The notes under the pieces were generated by a model. It was given only the letters and a program-made list of their open reading frames with translations. It did no database searches and had not been told where the DNA came from. A stretch of 50,400 bases of DNA from Promethearchaeota archaeon (GTDB taxonomy: Archaea > Asgardarchaeota > Lokiarchaeia > Sigyniarchaeales > SOKP01): the NCBI GenBank assembly GCA_008080735.1, contig SHMW01000024.1, positions 1 through 50,400 on the forward strand, read 5' to 3'. A program made the position numbers and the translations under genes. Positions 48,353 to 50,400 of this stretch are shown here, one piece after another (the stretch's first letter is position 1; each line of letters opens with the position of its first letter).

Positions 48353-48534
48353 ATTTTTCACATAACCAAAATCCATTATTAAAGTTCTATAACTAATGAG
48401 ATAATGTTTTCGGCTTCATAAATTTATAAACAATAATATAAAGAATTAATAGAATTGGGAATTTACTTCAAGTAGATAAGATTTAATCTTTATAATATTA
48501 ATAAGGTGATTAAATTATTCCGCCTCAAAATTTT

Positions 48535-49005
48535 ATGGAAATTTATAATTTTTTGCCGCAGACAAATTGTAAGAAATGCGGTAAAGATACATGCATGGCA
48601 TTCGCTCTTGAATTATTAAAAGGAAATGTGAAGATTGCAGATTGTACTCCATTAGTCGAAGAGGAAAAATATTCGGAAAAGCTTGAAAATTTGAAGGAAT
48701 TAATCGGGGACGAAGAAGGCAAGCAAAAAGAGCTTCGCATTAATGTAGATGAAGACGAGTGTGATGGATGCGGTATCTGTGTGACCGTGTGTCCTGTGAA
48801 TGCCCGTTATTGTTATTCCACCCTCAGCGGAAAAGCTCCAGACTATCCTCCCGATGAACATCAATTGTTTGTTGTAAAAGGCGGGAAATGCGAGCTTTTA
48901 AATCTTGAACATTGTAGAAGGGTTGCAGCAGAAGGGAGAGAACGGGAATGTCGAGTGTGTGAAACTTATTGTCCTCGAGAAGCCGTTAAAATAGAGTATG
49001 TTTAA
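48535..49005 (+). CDS. fwdG: Formylmethanofuran dehydrogenase subunit G-like ferredoxin with N-terminal FeS domain
   Basis: LPQTNCKKCG..TCMAFA...C; CDGCGICVTVCPVNA...GK; adjacent to fwdB. Confidence 0.75.
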   Translation: MEIYNFLPQTNCKKCGKDTCMAFALELLKGNVKIADCTPLVEEEKYSEKLENLKELIGDEEGKQKELRINVDEDECDGCGICVTVCPVNARYCYSTLSGKAPDYPPDEHQLFVVKGGKCELLNLEHCRRVAAEGRERECRVCETYCPREAVKIEYV

Positions 49006-49046
49006 TTATTAACTCATCCTTACCGATTTAAATTAATAATAAAAAT

Positions 49047-50375
49047 GTGAATAAAATGAAAAAAATAACTTGCACTGGATGTAGCCTTTTATGTGATGAT
49101 ATAATTATTGAAGAGGGAAAGGAGATTAAAGAACTCATCGGAGCATGTTTGAAAGGTCAAGATAGACTTGATCAAGTTCACTCTGAAAATAGGATCTTAA
49201 AACCCCAAATAAGAAAAGGGGAGGAATTAAAGAAGACAAATTGGAATGAAGCATTAGAAAGAACGCTTGAACTCATAAATAAAGCACAAAAACCTCTTTT
49301 ATATGGATTTTCAACTATTTCTTGTGAAGCTCAAGTAAAAGCAATCAAATTAGCAAAGAAAATAGATGGGTTTATTGACTCAAACTCCACGATTTGCCAA
49401 GGGAGAACTTTTAATGCCGCAAAAGAGACGGGTTTGACTATAAGCACATTGACAGAAGTAATTAATAAAAGCGATATCATTGTTCTCTGGGGATTTAATG
49501 CTGTAGAATCAATTCCGCGTCTACTTAATAAAGTTCTTTTTTCCAGAGGGAAATTCCGTATGACAGGGAGGGAAATTAAAACGTTAATTGTTATAGATCC
49601 GATTAAAACCGCATCGTTTAATGTTATGGGCCCAAGAGATATCGCTATACGTATCAATCCAGATGAAGATATAAAGTTAATCAGAAAATTAACCGAGATT
49701 TGCTGTAAGGATTCACAAATACCGGATGATGGTATAGCTGGCATTGATAAAGACGATCTAGAGAGATTGCTAACTAATTTGACAAATTCAGAAAATATTG
49801 CCATTTTTGTTGGACAAGGTCTTTTAAAACCTCAAAATGGGTCAGATCCCCTAAAAGAACTAATCCAATTAGTTGATGTAATAAATTCTCGCAATAAAAA
49901 GGGTCGAGCATCTCTCCTCGCCGCGGGTGGTCATTATAATATGATTGGATTCGATCATATGGCTTTAGCATCCGAGGGAAAAAACCACAGTCTCCAATTT
50001 AAGAACAATGAACTCATAGATAATGAAGAAAACATCATTTCTAAAATAAAAAAGGAAGATTTTGATTTGTCTATCGTGGTCGGGACAGATCCAATTGCCC
50101 ATTTACCCTTTGAATTAAGTAAAAAACTAGCTGCGAAACCCATTATTTTAATTGATTACTCCAAATCTGCTACTTATTTCGTGTCGGATGTGGTACTTCC
50201 TACGGCAATTACTGGGATAGAAAGTGGAGGGACAGCATTTCGACTGGATAATGTACCTATTCCTCTTATTAAATTTCTTGATCCGCCCGAAGAAGTTTAT
50301 TCAGATGAGGAGCTCTTAGATAAAATACTTATTACCCTAGATAATGGGAAGGAGGAAACCGGAAAATGGAATTAA
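49047..50375 (+). CDS. fwdB: Formylmethanofuran dehydrogenase subunit B homolog with altered active site
   Basis: CTGCSLLCDDI...ACLKG, PLLYG, CEAQ, GHYN..GF, DP.AH.P, GIE..GTAFRLD.VP; ATG at 49056 is an alternative start. Confidence 0.9.
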   Translation: MNKMKKITCTGCSLLCDDIIIEEGKEIKELIGACLKGQDRLDQVHSENRILKPQIRKGEELKKTNWNEALERTLELINKAQKPLLYGFSTISCEAQVKAIKLAKKIDGFIDSNSTICQGRTFNAAKETGLTISTLTEVINKSDIIVLWGFNAVESIPRLLNKVLFSRGKFRMTGREIKTLIVIDPIKTASFNVMGPRDIAIRINPDEDIKLIRKLTEICCKDSQIPDDGIAGIDKDDLERLLTNLTNSENIAIFVGQGLLKPQNGSDPLKELIQLVDVINSRNKKGRASLLAAGGHYNMIGFDHMALASEGKNHSLQFKNNELIDNEENIISKIKKEDFDLSIVVGTDPIAHLPFELSKKLAAKPIILIDYSKSATYFVSDVVLPTAITGIESGGTAFRLDNVPIPLIKFLDPPEEVYSDEELLDKILITLDNGKEETGKWN

Positions 50376-50400
50376 AATTAAATCCCGTCAGAATGATTGA
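50366..50400 (+). CDS. 5' end of next gene, probably fwdD (partial)
   Basis: ATG overlapping the fwdB end, SD-like GGAGG upstream, MELKLNPVRMI resembles FwdD N-termini; only 11 codons visible. Confidence 0.45.
   Translation, partial: MELKLNPVRMI

Noticed and set aside
503-50143. Numerous short ORFs nested in or antisense to the larger genes (e.g. 2376..2780, 13860..14228, 15969..16394, 49331..49804)
   Set aside because: Overlap well-supported genes and lack motifs; shadow ORFs
49047-50375. Selenocysteine form of FwdB
   Set aside because: Ligand codon is TGC and there is no in-frame TGA

Overview
AT-rich chromosomal segment of an archaeon, almost certainly an Asgard Lokiarchaeia (Promethearchaeota) member: it carries a Rab-like GTPase, a longin-like protein, a HEAT/LRR protein, a Loki-CTERM-type (IPGY) surface protein, TATA/BRE promoters and oligo-T terminators. 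I saw no rRNA, tRNA, CRISPR array or intact transposase. 4-23 kb is an acyl-CoA/lipid catabolic neighbourhood (two thiolases, two thioesterases plus a decayed third copy, two crotonases, Fe-S proteins, MFS transporters) built around a glycyl-radical enzyme fused to an N-terminal SCP2-like lipid-binding domain. 25-48 kb holds dispersed members of the DUF5320/NifX/COG1149/Mrp/DUF89/radical-SAM metal-cluster gene set, several preceded by the same palindrome, TGAATAATTATTCA. The window ends in fwdG-fwdB-(fwdD), where FwdB has lost the canonical catalytic His and Arg. The three best leads are the SCP2-GRE fusion, the degenerate FwdB and the palindrome-defined regulon. All family assignments come from motif recognition by eye; no searches were run.
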